Assembly (NCBI GenBank): GCA_034439575.1
Contig: JAWXAQ010000008.1
Location: forward strand, 128,001-192,000
Direction of reading: 5' to 3'
Source: Leptospira sp.
GTDB lineage: Bacteria > Spirochaetota > Leptospiria > Leptospirales > Leptospiraceae
Length of the DNA: 64,000 nt
A program made the translations under genes and the position numbers. Shown piece by piece: positions 7,161 through 15,595 of the stretch (within the stretch, counting starts at the first letter, position 1; the number at the start of each line of letters is the position of its first letter). The notes under the pieces were generated by a model. That model was not told where the DNA came from and ran no database searches. It worked only from the letters and a program-made list of their open reading frames with translations.

Positions 7161-9515
7161 TTATTGATCATTAGCAAATTTGGAGAGGAAATCTTCTTGT
7201 TCTCTAGATTCAATGGCTCTTTCACTTCGGGAAGCGCGAACAATTTGAATCGCCTTTTCACTTGAAAACTTTTCTTTCCAAATCAAATAAGCTGCAGCTA
7301 AAGTTCCAGATCGTCCTAAACCACCTACGCAATGTATCAATAGATTATCATTATGTTTTGTAAGTATAGTATCCATCCATTGCAATGCACTTTTTAAGGC
7401 TTCAATACTAGGAATTCTTTGGTCAAAGATTGGCAAATAATATGCTTCTATATTAGCTTTTTTGTATTCTTCTTTTAAAGTAGTAACTCCGTATTCGCTA
7501 TATTCAGCTTCAGTGATAAGTGAGATGACAAATTTCACTCTCTGTTTTTTCATTTCCAAAATATCATCGTTAAGTGATCTACCTCGATCTTTTCTGCCTG
7601 GCAAAATTGTAAGGCCAATCTTTTTTGTAAGTGTTTGATTTAATCCATCATCATACTTTAGAAAATCTATCCTCAAGGATTTGGTTTTTTGAATATATGA
7701 TCTGACTTTTTGAATGAGGGTACAACCGCTATATAGAGCCCATTTTCTTTGTATTTCATTACTCTCATCAAAGGAAAGAGTATGCATCGCATAACGAAGT
7801 AGACCAACATGCATTTGGTATGGATCTCTATCCATTTTTATCAATCCAGGATAAAAAGATCTTAACTTAGCGATGACCCGATAGGCTTTCTGAAGTTTAG
7901 GATTTTTAATTTCATTTGGTACATCAAAAGGAAGGGGAATTCCTAAATCTTCATGATTTAGCAAAATGTTTGTTAATTGGACAGCTTCCAATAGTTCTGA
8001 TTCTGTTTCGATTTTTGTAAAAATATAAAGTATGTCATTTTCTAATTTTAAAAGATCACGAATGATATGACCGCGATGCGTATGAAAGAAATCAATCAAC
8101 CAAACATTGTCTTGTGCATCCAAAATAATATTTGCACCATTCAAATCTCCATGAACATAGGCAAGGTTGTGATTGATAGCATCATATTCACGAAGCGAAA
8201 TTAAATCTATTTCATAAAAATGGCAAGGATTGATATTTGATAAATCATTTGAAATTTGAATGCTTTCACCCTCTGCAGGTTTGCCAATCAAAGCTTCCAC
8301 TCTAGACCGAACACTTTTAGCATACTTGGCCTGAAAATCATAATATTCTAATAAATTTAATCTTTCTGTACTTCCGGCTTCATAAAGTCTACCTAATTGT
8401 TGTTGAAATACGACTTCCAAAGTTTTATCAATCATTTTGAAATCATCACTTTTTTCATACATTTTCTGAAAGGTGCGGACATTGCCATCGAGCATTGCCG
8501 CATAACGGTATTTAATTGCACCACGGTTTTCTAATTCACAAAAATCAACGATCGCAGGCGCATTATTCCCTAGGACTTCTTGGATTCTTTCGAATGATGT
8601 TCTTTCCTTGGCGATCAAATCCCGATCGCCAATTTTTACAACACAAGGCACTTGACTGTGACCTAAAATATCAGTGGCTTTTGTTTTCAACACAACATTG
8701 CCGGAAAAACCTCCATCCAAAGTTTTGAATTCGACTTCTTTACATTCTCGAAATAGATAGATTAATATTTTTTTATCAATTTCAGAGATAGGATAATTTG
8801 GATCTAGTTTTAAATGCTCAGTAGTAATTCTGGAATGAGTAGAAATCTTTTTCTCAAGGTCTGGTTGCGATCCAGTTAAAAATTGCGTAAAACTTCCGAT
8901 AGATGGAAAAATGGTGACACCTAATATTTGTTTTAATTGGTCGAGAGCGATAAAATGCATGGAGAGCGAAGAACTCGCAGTCAAAGCAGAACAAACAGCT
9001 ATGTCAAATTGTGGATATCTTGTTTTTAAATCATAAGCAAGAAAGGTTACTTTTGCTTCCGTCCAAACTCCAGTGATACCGACTTTTATTTTTTTACCTT
9101 TGAATGGTTTTAAAATCTCTTCCAGTTTTGTGTCTACAAAATCATTTAATCCAGAAGCATTTACAATATGATGACGGTTAGGTTGATATTGTATCCATGG
9201 CTGGAAAACAAATTCAGCACCTTTTGTGTCTTTTATACAATGATGACCGAATTGGTTTAAATGATCCTTCTCATCTACAGAATCAGGATTGTGCCAATCT
9301 CTGATATGAATGATTTCTAATTTTTCTTTCTTTGTCTGATAGGCCCAATCTATTAACGAGTATATCGGACCATGTTCTACCATTTCCCCTAACAATCTAT
9401 TCGATTCCGCATAACCAACATGAAGCGCATTTGGTAGTTGGTCATATTTATCAAGCAGGGATGTAAAATCATTTTGGAGGCATTGTGTGATTAAAATAGA
9501 AGGTTCATTCGCCAT
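7161..9515 (-). CDS. Isochorismatase/nicotinamidase-like domain + kinase-like phosphotransferase + CDKN3-type Cx5R phosphatase fusion
   Basis: QCLQNDF, RDWH, HHCIKDTKGAEF, GVWTEAKV (isochorismatase fold); GGFSG, VVKIG, HGDLNGANI, WLIDF (kinase fold); LPGRKD, HCVGGLGRSG (phosphatase). Start is ATG 9515 or TTG 9521. Confidence 0.85.
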   Translation of the reverse strand: MANEPSILITQCLQNDFTSLLDKYDQLPNALHVGYAESNRLLGEMVEHGPIYSLIDWAYQTKKEKLEIIHIRDWHNPDSVDEKDHLNQFGHHCIKDTKGAEFVFQPWIQYQPNRHHIVNASGLNDFVDTKLEEILKPFKGKKIKVGITGVWTEAKVTFLAYDLKTRYPQFDIAVCSALTASSSLSMHFIALDQLKQILGVTIFPSIGSFTQFLTGSQPDLEKKISTHSRITTEHLKLDPNYPISEIDKKILIYLFRECKEVEFKTLDGGFSGNVVLKTKATDILGHSQVPCVVKIGDRDLIAKERTSFERIQEVLGNNAPAIVDFCELENRGAIKYRYAAMLDGNVRTFQKMYEKSDDFKMIDKTLEVVFQQQLGRLYEAGSTERLNLLEYYDFQAKYAKSVRSRVEALIGKPAEGESIQISNDLSNINPCHFYEIDLISLREYDAINHNLAYVHGDLNGANIILDAQDNVWLIDFFHTHRGHIIRDLLKLENDILYIFTKIETESELLEAVQLTNILLNHEDLGIPLPFDVPNEIKNPKLQKAYRVIAKLRSFYPGLIKMDRDPYQMHVGLLRYAMHTLSFDESNEIQRKWALYSGCTLIQKVRSYIQKTKSLRIDFLKYDDGLNQTLTKKIGLTILPGRKDRGRSLNDDILEMKKQRVKFVISLITEAEYSEYGVTTLKEEYKKANIEAYYLPIFDQRIPSIEALKSALQWMDTILTKHNDNLLIHCVGGLGRSGTLAAAYLIWKEKFSSEKAIQIVRASRSERAIESREQEDFLSKFANDQ

Positions 9516-9624
9516 AGGCAAATTCTAAAGACAAACTAAGAAAAATCCAGTTAATATTCGGAATTTGCTTGCAAAAAGAAAAATGGAGTTATAATGCGAT
9601 GTTCTAAAGAAGAGGAGAATCAGT

Positions 9625-9936
9625 ATGAAAAATTTATTAATTTTGATTTGTTTGATTTGTGTTCAATCTCTATTCGCTGGAGAAATCGGATCCGACTGCC
9701 AGTTCAAAGGAAAAAAACTTTCTGGAAAAGTTCAGATTGTAAATTCTTTTCCTGACTTCAAAGTCCAGGTAGTTAATAGTTTTCCTGATCTTAAAGTACA
9801 GCAAGTTACATCTTTCCCTAGTGATTGTGGCAAGTGGGAAATTGTGAATAGTTTTCCTGACTTTAAAGTTCAGATTGTGAATTCATTTCCTGATTTCAAG
9901 ATCCAGTATGTGAATAGTTTTCCTGGCGTTCCTTAA
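9625..9936 (+). CDS. Small secreted protein with six ~11-aa repeats (KVQIVNSFPDF)
   Basis: GAGGAG SD, signal peptide ending SLFA, six tandem repeats and two Cys in the mature part. Confidence 0.8.
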   Translation: MKNLLILICLICVQSLFAGEIGSDCQFKGKKLSGKVQIVNSFPDFKVQVVNSFPDLKVQQVTSFPSDCGKWEIVNSFPDFKVQIVNSFPDFKIQYVNSFPGVP

Positions 9937-10480
9937 AAATTGAGAAGGGAGATGGAAAAAATTCATATAATCTAGTTTAGTTTTGAGCTTTGCCTTCCAA
10001 ATTTGTTAGTCAGGTGTAAGCTAAAGGAAGGCTTACTTTTTAATTTGAAGTCGATATTCCTCATATCTTTTTTATTAATCCTTTTCCTAATACCCAATAG
10101 TATTGAAATACTTGAATTCTTTCAAAGTTACAATGGTTCGTAATTATTCCTTCGCGATTTTTTATAATGTTTAGGCAATTGACATGTTTTATGTTTAATT
10201 TTGTCGCGTATTATATATTAAAATAATAATATATAATAATAAAAGTATATAAATTTAAGTTTGACCTTTATTTTCTTTGAATTCCTTGAATACTTTTGAG
10301 TTTTGTCCTGATCGGAATAATGATTATCCTTCCACGTAATTAAAAAATTTATATTTTTATAGATAAGGAAAATATTAGTTCTAACTGAGAAATAAATTTC
10401 TGAGAATTGTTTCAATGGATACGATTAACAAAATTATTCATTAAAATGGTTTTTTTAATTCACAACATAAGGAGTGTTAT

Positions 10481-12268
10481 ATGGAATATTTATTTCGAAG
10501 TATTTTGATTATTTTATCTTTTATTTTCTTTCATTGTAGTGCAGAAAAAACTAATGACAGTTCCAGCTCCCTGCTCTTTTCTCTGTCTAATACTGGAAGT
10601 GCCACTAGTTCTAGCAGTAGTAATAACTCATCTACTGCGACTACACAACAAACTCCTGTTACCGTAGGTTCCGCTCCACCTGAGTTACCTGGTCATGGCA
10701 TGCCCGTTTTGCCTCCTCCTTCTGGTTCTGCAGGTGCCAATTGTGGAATAGGTGCTGCCAGTCCAGGTTGGCAACAACAAGCTTTGATCAAAGCAGCTAA
10801 CGCAAGTGCAAATGCTCAATACGGAGCTATAATCGCATCTTCTGGAGATACAATTGTGGTCGGTCATCCGGGTGATAAGAGCAATCAAAGAACTATTACT
10901 AATGGACCAACAGCAAGTAATGATCAATCCGGAGGTGGGGGTGCAGTCTATGTTTATAAATTAAGTGCTGGTGTATGGACTCAGGAAGCTTATATTAAAC
11001 CCTCCAATTTGGATGAGAATGACGATTTTGGGCGGTCTGTGTCGATATCTGGTGATATATTGGTTGTCGGTGCTCCTGGAGAAGCAAGTCTTCAAAATAC
11101 GATTTCAACTGGAACAACTGCTAGCATTGATAATTCTGCTAACGATGCAGGTGCAGTTTATGTTTTTCGTAGGTCCGGGTCTAATTGGAATCAAATTGCT
11201 TATATAAAGGCCTCAAATAACAGGGGTCCTTATCATCGTTTTGGACAAAGTGTCGCTATAGTAGGAAACACTCTTGCTGTCGGTGCGAGAGAAGAACCAT
11301 CTGGTTCGAATCAAATCATAAATGGTACTGGCGCACCAGAAGATTACAACGGGATGTTCAGTGGTGCAGTATATATATACCAATGGGACGGAAATTTGAC
11401 ATGGACCCAAGAAGCTTTTATAAAAGCATCAAATAATAGGAATGGTGGTTTTTCTGATGAAACTTTATGGAGTACGATTGATCTATTCGGTGGAAAAATT
11501 GCATTATCAGAAGATGGAAATAAACTTGCTGTTGGTGCGATCGGTGAAGATAGCGGTTTCAATGGAATCGTTAATGGATCTGGTGGAAATAGCGATAACA
11601 GCATAAAAAATGCAGGTGCAGTTTATATCTACAAAAGGACTGGCAACCAATGGGCAGAAGAAGCTTATATAAAAGCTCCAAACCCTGGCACATCTCATTG
11701 GTTTGGTGAACAATTATCGATTTCAGGTGATCGATTGGCTGTAAGTGCAAGTGAAGGAAGTAATTTCAGAGGTATTTCTAACACAACAAACAATGATAAT
11801 TCATCATTAAATAGTGGAGCGGTTTATACATATATTCGAACAGGTGCTAATTGGACATTCGACAGATATATAAAATCGTCTAATTCCGATCCCCAGGATC
11901 GATTTGGGTCTAGCGTTGTCATTTCAGGAAACCGTTTATTAGTAGGAGCTTCAAGAGAATCATCCAATATAAATACTGTCTCCAATGCTGGAGTTGCCAG
12001 TGCGGACAATAGCTTTAACATGTCAGGTGCGGCCTATGTATTTACAAATTCTGGAGGAGTATGGAGCCAAAGTGCTTATTTGAAGCCATCAAATGTAAGA
12101 GCTGGTCGGTCTTTTGGATTTAGTGCGGCTATGAATAATGATAGAATCATTATTGGATCGGTAGGTGAATCAAGTAATGCGAATACAATTACTCATGGTT
12201 TGAATTCATCTTGTGACATAACTCTACAAAACTCCGGTGCAATTTATGTTTTCGGTAATGTTCCTTAA
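10481..12268 (+). CDS. FG-GAP/integrin-alpha-like beta-propeller lipoprotein
   Basis: AAGGAG SD, lipobox FIFFH-C, Ser/Thr linker, seven repeats of FG..VAIS..L.VGA...GAVY...W.Q.AYIK.SN. Confidence 0.85.
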   Translation: MEYLFRSILIILSFIFFHCSAEKTNDSSSSLLFSLSNTGSATSSSSSNNSSTATTQQTPVTVGSAPPELPGHGMPVLPPPSGSAGANCGIGAASPGWQQQALIKAANASANAQYGAIIASSGDTIVVGHPGDKSNQRTITNGPTASNDQSGGGGAVYVYKLSAGVWTQEAYIKPSNLDENDDFGRSVSISGDILVVGAPGEASLQNTISTGTTASIDNSANDAGAVYVFRRSGSNWNQIAYIKASNNRGPYHRFGQSVAIVGNTLAVGAREEPSGSNQIINGTGAPEDYNGMFSGAVYIYQWDGNLTWTQEAFIKASNNRNGGFSDETLWSTIDLFGGKIALSEDGNKLAVGAIGEDSGFNGIVNGSGGNSDNSIKNAGAVYIYKRTGNQWAEEAYIKAPNPGTSHWFGEQLSISGDRLAVSASEGSNFRGISNTTNNDNSSLNSGAVYTYIRTGANWTFDRYIKSSNSDPQDRFGSSVVISGNRLLVGASRESSNINTVSNAGVASADNSFNMSGAAYVFTNSGGVWSQSAYLKPSNVRAGRSFGFSAAMNNDRIIIGSVGESSNANTITHGLNSSCDITLQNSGAIYVFGNVP

Positions 12269-12282
12269 TTAAAATTGAATTT

Positions 12283-12319
12283 GATACTCCGAAATTCTGT
12301 ATTTAGTTTTCGGAGTATC
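12283..12319. terminator. Hairpin between convergent genes (probable terminator)
   Basis: GATACTCCGAAA / TTTCGGAGTATC 12-bp perfect inverted repeat. Confidence 0.6.
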
Positions 12320-12332
12320 TTGACCATTTCCC

Positions 12333-12881
12333 TTAAGTTTTATATCTATAAAACTTAGCAAGATATACGCCAACGACTGCGCCTGCTAGGTGCCCTTCCC
12401 AGGAAACATCCCAATCCACAAGCCCAGGCACAACCCCCCAAACGAGGCCACCGTAAATAAATCCTATGAATAAGGCCAAAAATATAGAAAACGGTTTTCT
12501 ATGATAAAACCCAGCGGCAATGATAAACGTTGCCAATGCATAGACTAATCCACTTGCTCCAACATGATATGCGGATCTACCCATAACCCAAACAATTGTG
12601 TTTGAGAAGATTATCATATAAAACATAGATATTAAGGCGATTCTTGAATAAAACATAAGTAAGGTGCTAGTTAAAATAAGGAGAGGAATCGTATTTGCAG
12701 CGACATGCGAAAACCCGCCATGCAAAAATACCGCAAGAGGTATTCCGATGAGCCCAGTGACTGATCTAGGATAAACACCTAATGTAGTAAAGTCGAGTGG
12801 AATTAAAAAATCCAAAAGTGTAATGAGCCACAATAAACAAACAAATGTTAGAGAATATTGGATACTTTTTGTTAAGTTCAT
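12333..12881 (-). CDS. Rhomboid family intramembrane serine protease
   Basis: FLHGGFSHVAAN, catalytic GASG, SWEGHLAG, multiple TM helices. Confidence 0.9.
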   Translation of the reverse strand: MNLTKSIQYSLTFVCLLWLITLLDFLIPLDFTTLGVYPRSVTGLIGIPLAVFLHGGFSHVAANTIPLLILTSTLLMFYSRIALISMFYMIIFSNTIVWVMGRSAYHVGASGLVYALATFIIAAGFYHRKPFSIFLALFIGFIYGGLVWGVVPGLVDWDVSWEGHLAGAVVGVYLAKFYRYKT

Positions 12882-12901
12882 AATAATTCCTTCTTTAAAT
12901 T

Positions 12902-13525
12902 CTAAGCTTTTCCTTTCCTCAGACCAAGTAACAGAGATGTGATGCTAGGTTCTGTCGCTAGCAATATTTTATAGTTTGAATTTTCAAAATCTTCACTCAT
13001 AGTAAAACAACTATTTTTCATGACTCTATCTCTGATCCACCATTGATGAACCGCAGCACTTCTTTCTTCAAAAGGTTTTGATTCACTGACATGCACTTCT
13101 TCATTCCAAACTTTGGGAATTTGGCGGCTTTTTAATTCATAGCCAAGGGCAGAAACGAAATTATCGACAGCGTAATATAACAATTGGTCAATGCGAATGC
13201 ATCCATTTTTAGAAAATGGGATACTTTCTCTCAAAGCAATTTCTAAAGCTGGGCGATTTAATTTTTTACCTTTTAAAAAATCATAATTTTTGATAGCGCC
13301 AGGACAAGTAACAAAAGGTGTACGCCTCTCTTCAATTTCAAAGTCGATTATCGTTTGTTTGGTGAGATCAATTTCTAACAATAAACTTATATCATGGTAT
13401 CTATCATAAATTTTAGATTCTATGATGGCTTTTTGCGGGGTTTGGTCAAAGAGCCACCAAAAGGAAACGCTCATATTCCTTTCTAATCCAACGGGAACAT
13501 TTTGGATTTTATTTCTTATCGCCAT
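12902..13525 (-). CDS. DUF2889-like protein
   Basis: D.YHD, TPFVTCP, GC.RI and NSCFT motifs; overlaps the stop of the upstream gene. Confidence 0.6.
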   Translation of the reverse strand: MAIRNKIQNVPVGLERNMSVSFWWLFDQTPQKAIIESKIYDRYHDISLLLEIDLTKQTIIDFEIEERRTPFVTCPGAIKNYDFLKGKKLNRPALEIALRESIPFSKNGCIRIDQLLYYAVDNFVSALGYELKSRQIPKVWNEEVHVSESKPFEERSAAVHQWWIRDRVMKNSCFTMSEDFENSNYKILLATEPSITSLLLGLRKGKA

Positions 13526-15503
13526 ACTTTGATTCTCCAGGAAAAATTCGATTTTGATTCATCAGTTCAATGGATACATTGAAAAATGATTTTCCTTTTA
13601 TTAAGGAATTCGCACATAGATTTTTATTTGCATTACATATCGCATCATCCACGTAAGGTGGATTTGCCGTAAAGTGTAGACTATTATCACCATCAACCCA
13701 TTGGTAAACAAATTGATTTCCTTCAATCCAGCCGTAAGCCGCACCATAAGCAAAATACGCACGTCCAGGTTTTAAATTTGGTGCGCGTAAGTTTCTTCCC
13801 ATAGATGCAAATTGAATTTCTTTACCGACTAATCCAAGTATAGTCGGTAAAACGTCTAACTGAGATGAAATAGTATCATCTAATTTTGGTTTAATGAATT
13901 TTGGGCTATAAATTAGAAAAGGAACGTTTCGATCTTCATAATATGATAAATACCGATGGTGGGTATGGTCGGCCACAAAAACAAAAATTGTATCCTTAAA
14001 ATAAGGTGTTTTTTCCATTTTGGACATAAAGTTTGAGATGGCCCAATCAGAATAATGATACGTATTTAAATAATCATAATCTTGTTTATCTGAATTGAAA
14101 ATTTCAAATTTTTTATCTGGCACCTTGTACGGGTAATGCGTTGTCATCGTAAGTGCTGTGCCAAGAAATGGTTTTCCTGATGCATAGGCAGTATTCATTT
14201 GTTCAAGTAAAATGTCATATATGCTTTCATCGTCATATCCCCAAGCACCAATTTGATGTTTGCCTGTATCTGCGATTTCTTTTTTACCAATTATTTTTTT
14301 AAATCCCCAATGTGGTAGGATTTTACCAAGGTTATCAAATTGTAAGTCGTCACCTGTTATAAATATGGTTTCATACCCCCAATTATGGAATAAATTTCCC
14401 AAGCTAGAAAAATTTCCAAGTATTTGATGGGAGCGAACGGCAGTTAAACCGGGCCTATCAGGAATGCCGGTAATGACCGACATAAGTCCGTTAGATGTCC
14501 TACCTCCATTTGCATAAAAGTTTTTAAAGCTATGTCCTTTTTTTGCCAATTGGTTATAAAAGGGAGTTAATTCCTTTCCGTAAATGATACCATCTGAGAT
14601 AGGCCATACAAATTTTCCCGTCCAAGATTCTTGAAAAATCAATACTATATTTGGAACTTTTTCATGATTTGTTTCTAATTGTTTACGTAGAAGTGGATAT
14701 TCAGGATCGTTTAAAAAAATACTTCCTTCATAATTTGTTTCTTCTCGAACGATCTTAACAGCGTCACTTAAATTCATCTTAAGGTGAGTGGGAATGGATT
14801 GACTTTTCAGATCCATTACTGTCGTATAGAATCCGTTAAGTGCTATGTTGTTAATCGTTGTGTCTTCTCCAACGATGGCGTTCGTTGCTCGCAAAGGGGA
14901 TTGTTGCAATCCACCTCGCACAAATATTCCGATAAAAAGCACTCCCATTGTGAATTTTAAAATTTGTTTCCAAGGTTTTGTTTTGTCTATGTAACTATAA
15001 ATTTTCCATTTTAAATATATCTTTAAACTGAAATAAATTAGAGAGACTAACGCAATGAGTATGAAAGTTAAAAGGATTGGACTTTCTAAAAAAAGAGATT
15101 TTAAAAGAATCGGCAAATCAGCAAAAAATATAACAGCTTCATATCCTATATGTTTGTTGGCATTTTCATAATAGATTAAATCGCTGATCAGATGACCGAA
15201 ACAAAATAGGAAAGCGAGTATGGGATAAAACGTCCATAAAATGCGAAAACTTATGAATTGATTTAAGAATGATATTTTTGAAATTAAATATCCGAAACCT
15301 AAAATCATGGCCGCACTCGCTAAATCATATCGGATGCCGATAAGAAAGGTGAATATAATTTGAATCCAATCGAAAGATTGAATCCTATAGGAATAAATTC
15401 CTAAAAATAAGAATCGAATGCTAGTAAAAAGAATTAGAAATAAAGTGAGATAACTGAAATAGAGTGAGTCGGAGAATGATAATTTTTGCCATAACCGTTT
15501 CAT
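13509..15503 (-). CDS. LTA synthase (LtaS)-family / sulfatase-like membrane phosphotransferase
   Basis: About five TM helices, then PNIVLIFQES, catalytic-Thr motif GGRTSNG, TMTTHYPY, VADH and SQLDVLPT. ATG 15503 (MKRLW) avoids overlap with the divergent gene. Confidence 0.85.
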   Translation of the reverse strand: MKRLWQKLSFSDSLYFSYLTLFLILFTSIRFLFLGIYSYRIQSFDWIQIIFTFLIGIRYDLASAAMILGFGYLISKISFLNQFISFRILWTFYPILAFLFCFGHLISDLIYYENANKHIGYEAVIFFADLPILLKSLFLESPILLTFILIALVSLIYFSLKIYLKWKIYSYIDKTKPWKQILKFTMGVLFIGIFVRGGLQQSPLRATNAIVGEDTTINNIALNGFYTTVMDLKSQSIPTHLKMNLSDAVKIVREETNYEGSIFLNDPEYPLLRKQLETNHEKVPNIVLIFQESWTGKFVWPISDGIIYGKELTPFYNQLAKKGHSFKNFYANGGRTSNGLMSVITGIPDRPGLTAVRSHQILGNFSSLGNLFHNWGYETIFITGDDLQFDNLGKILPHWGFKKIIGKKEIADTGKHQIGAWGYDDESIYDILLEQMNTAYASGKPFLGTALTMTTHYPYKVPDKKFEIFNSDKQDYDYLNTYHYSDWAISNFMSKMEKTPYFKDTIFVFVADHTHHRYLSYYEDRNVPFLIYSPKFIKPKLDDTISSQLDVLPTILGLVGKEIQFASMGRNLRAPNLKPGRAYFAYGAAYGWIEGNQFVYQWVDGDNSLHFTANPPYVDDAICNANKNLCANSLIKGKSFFNVSIELMNQNRIFPGESKYGDKK

Positions 15504-15595
15504 TCCTTTCCATACGATTCCCAATTTGATTACGGTCAACTCCCTTCCAAACATGGTTGATTTATTTAGAACCAAGAGAGATTCTGCATCTATCC

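Noticed and set aside
9730-9930. 33-bp-period DNA repeats that could be mistaken for a CRISPR array
   Set aside because: The repeats are in-frame coding units with synonymous variation, with no unique spacers and no cas genes.
10218-10415. 65-aa minus-strand ORF in the AT-rich intergenic region
   Set aside because: TTG start, no SD, and composition typical of random AT-rich DNA.
3100-12330. Accessory block as a prophage, ICE or integron
   Set aside because: No integrase, transposase, phage structural genes, att-like direct repeats or recurrent attC sites were seen.
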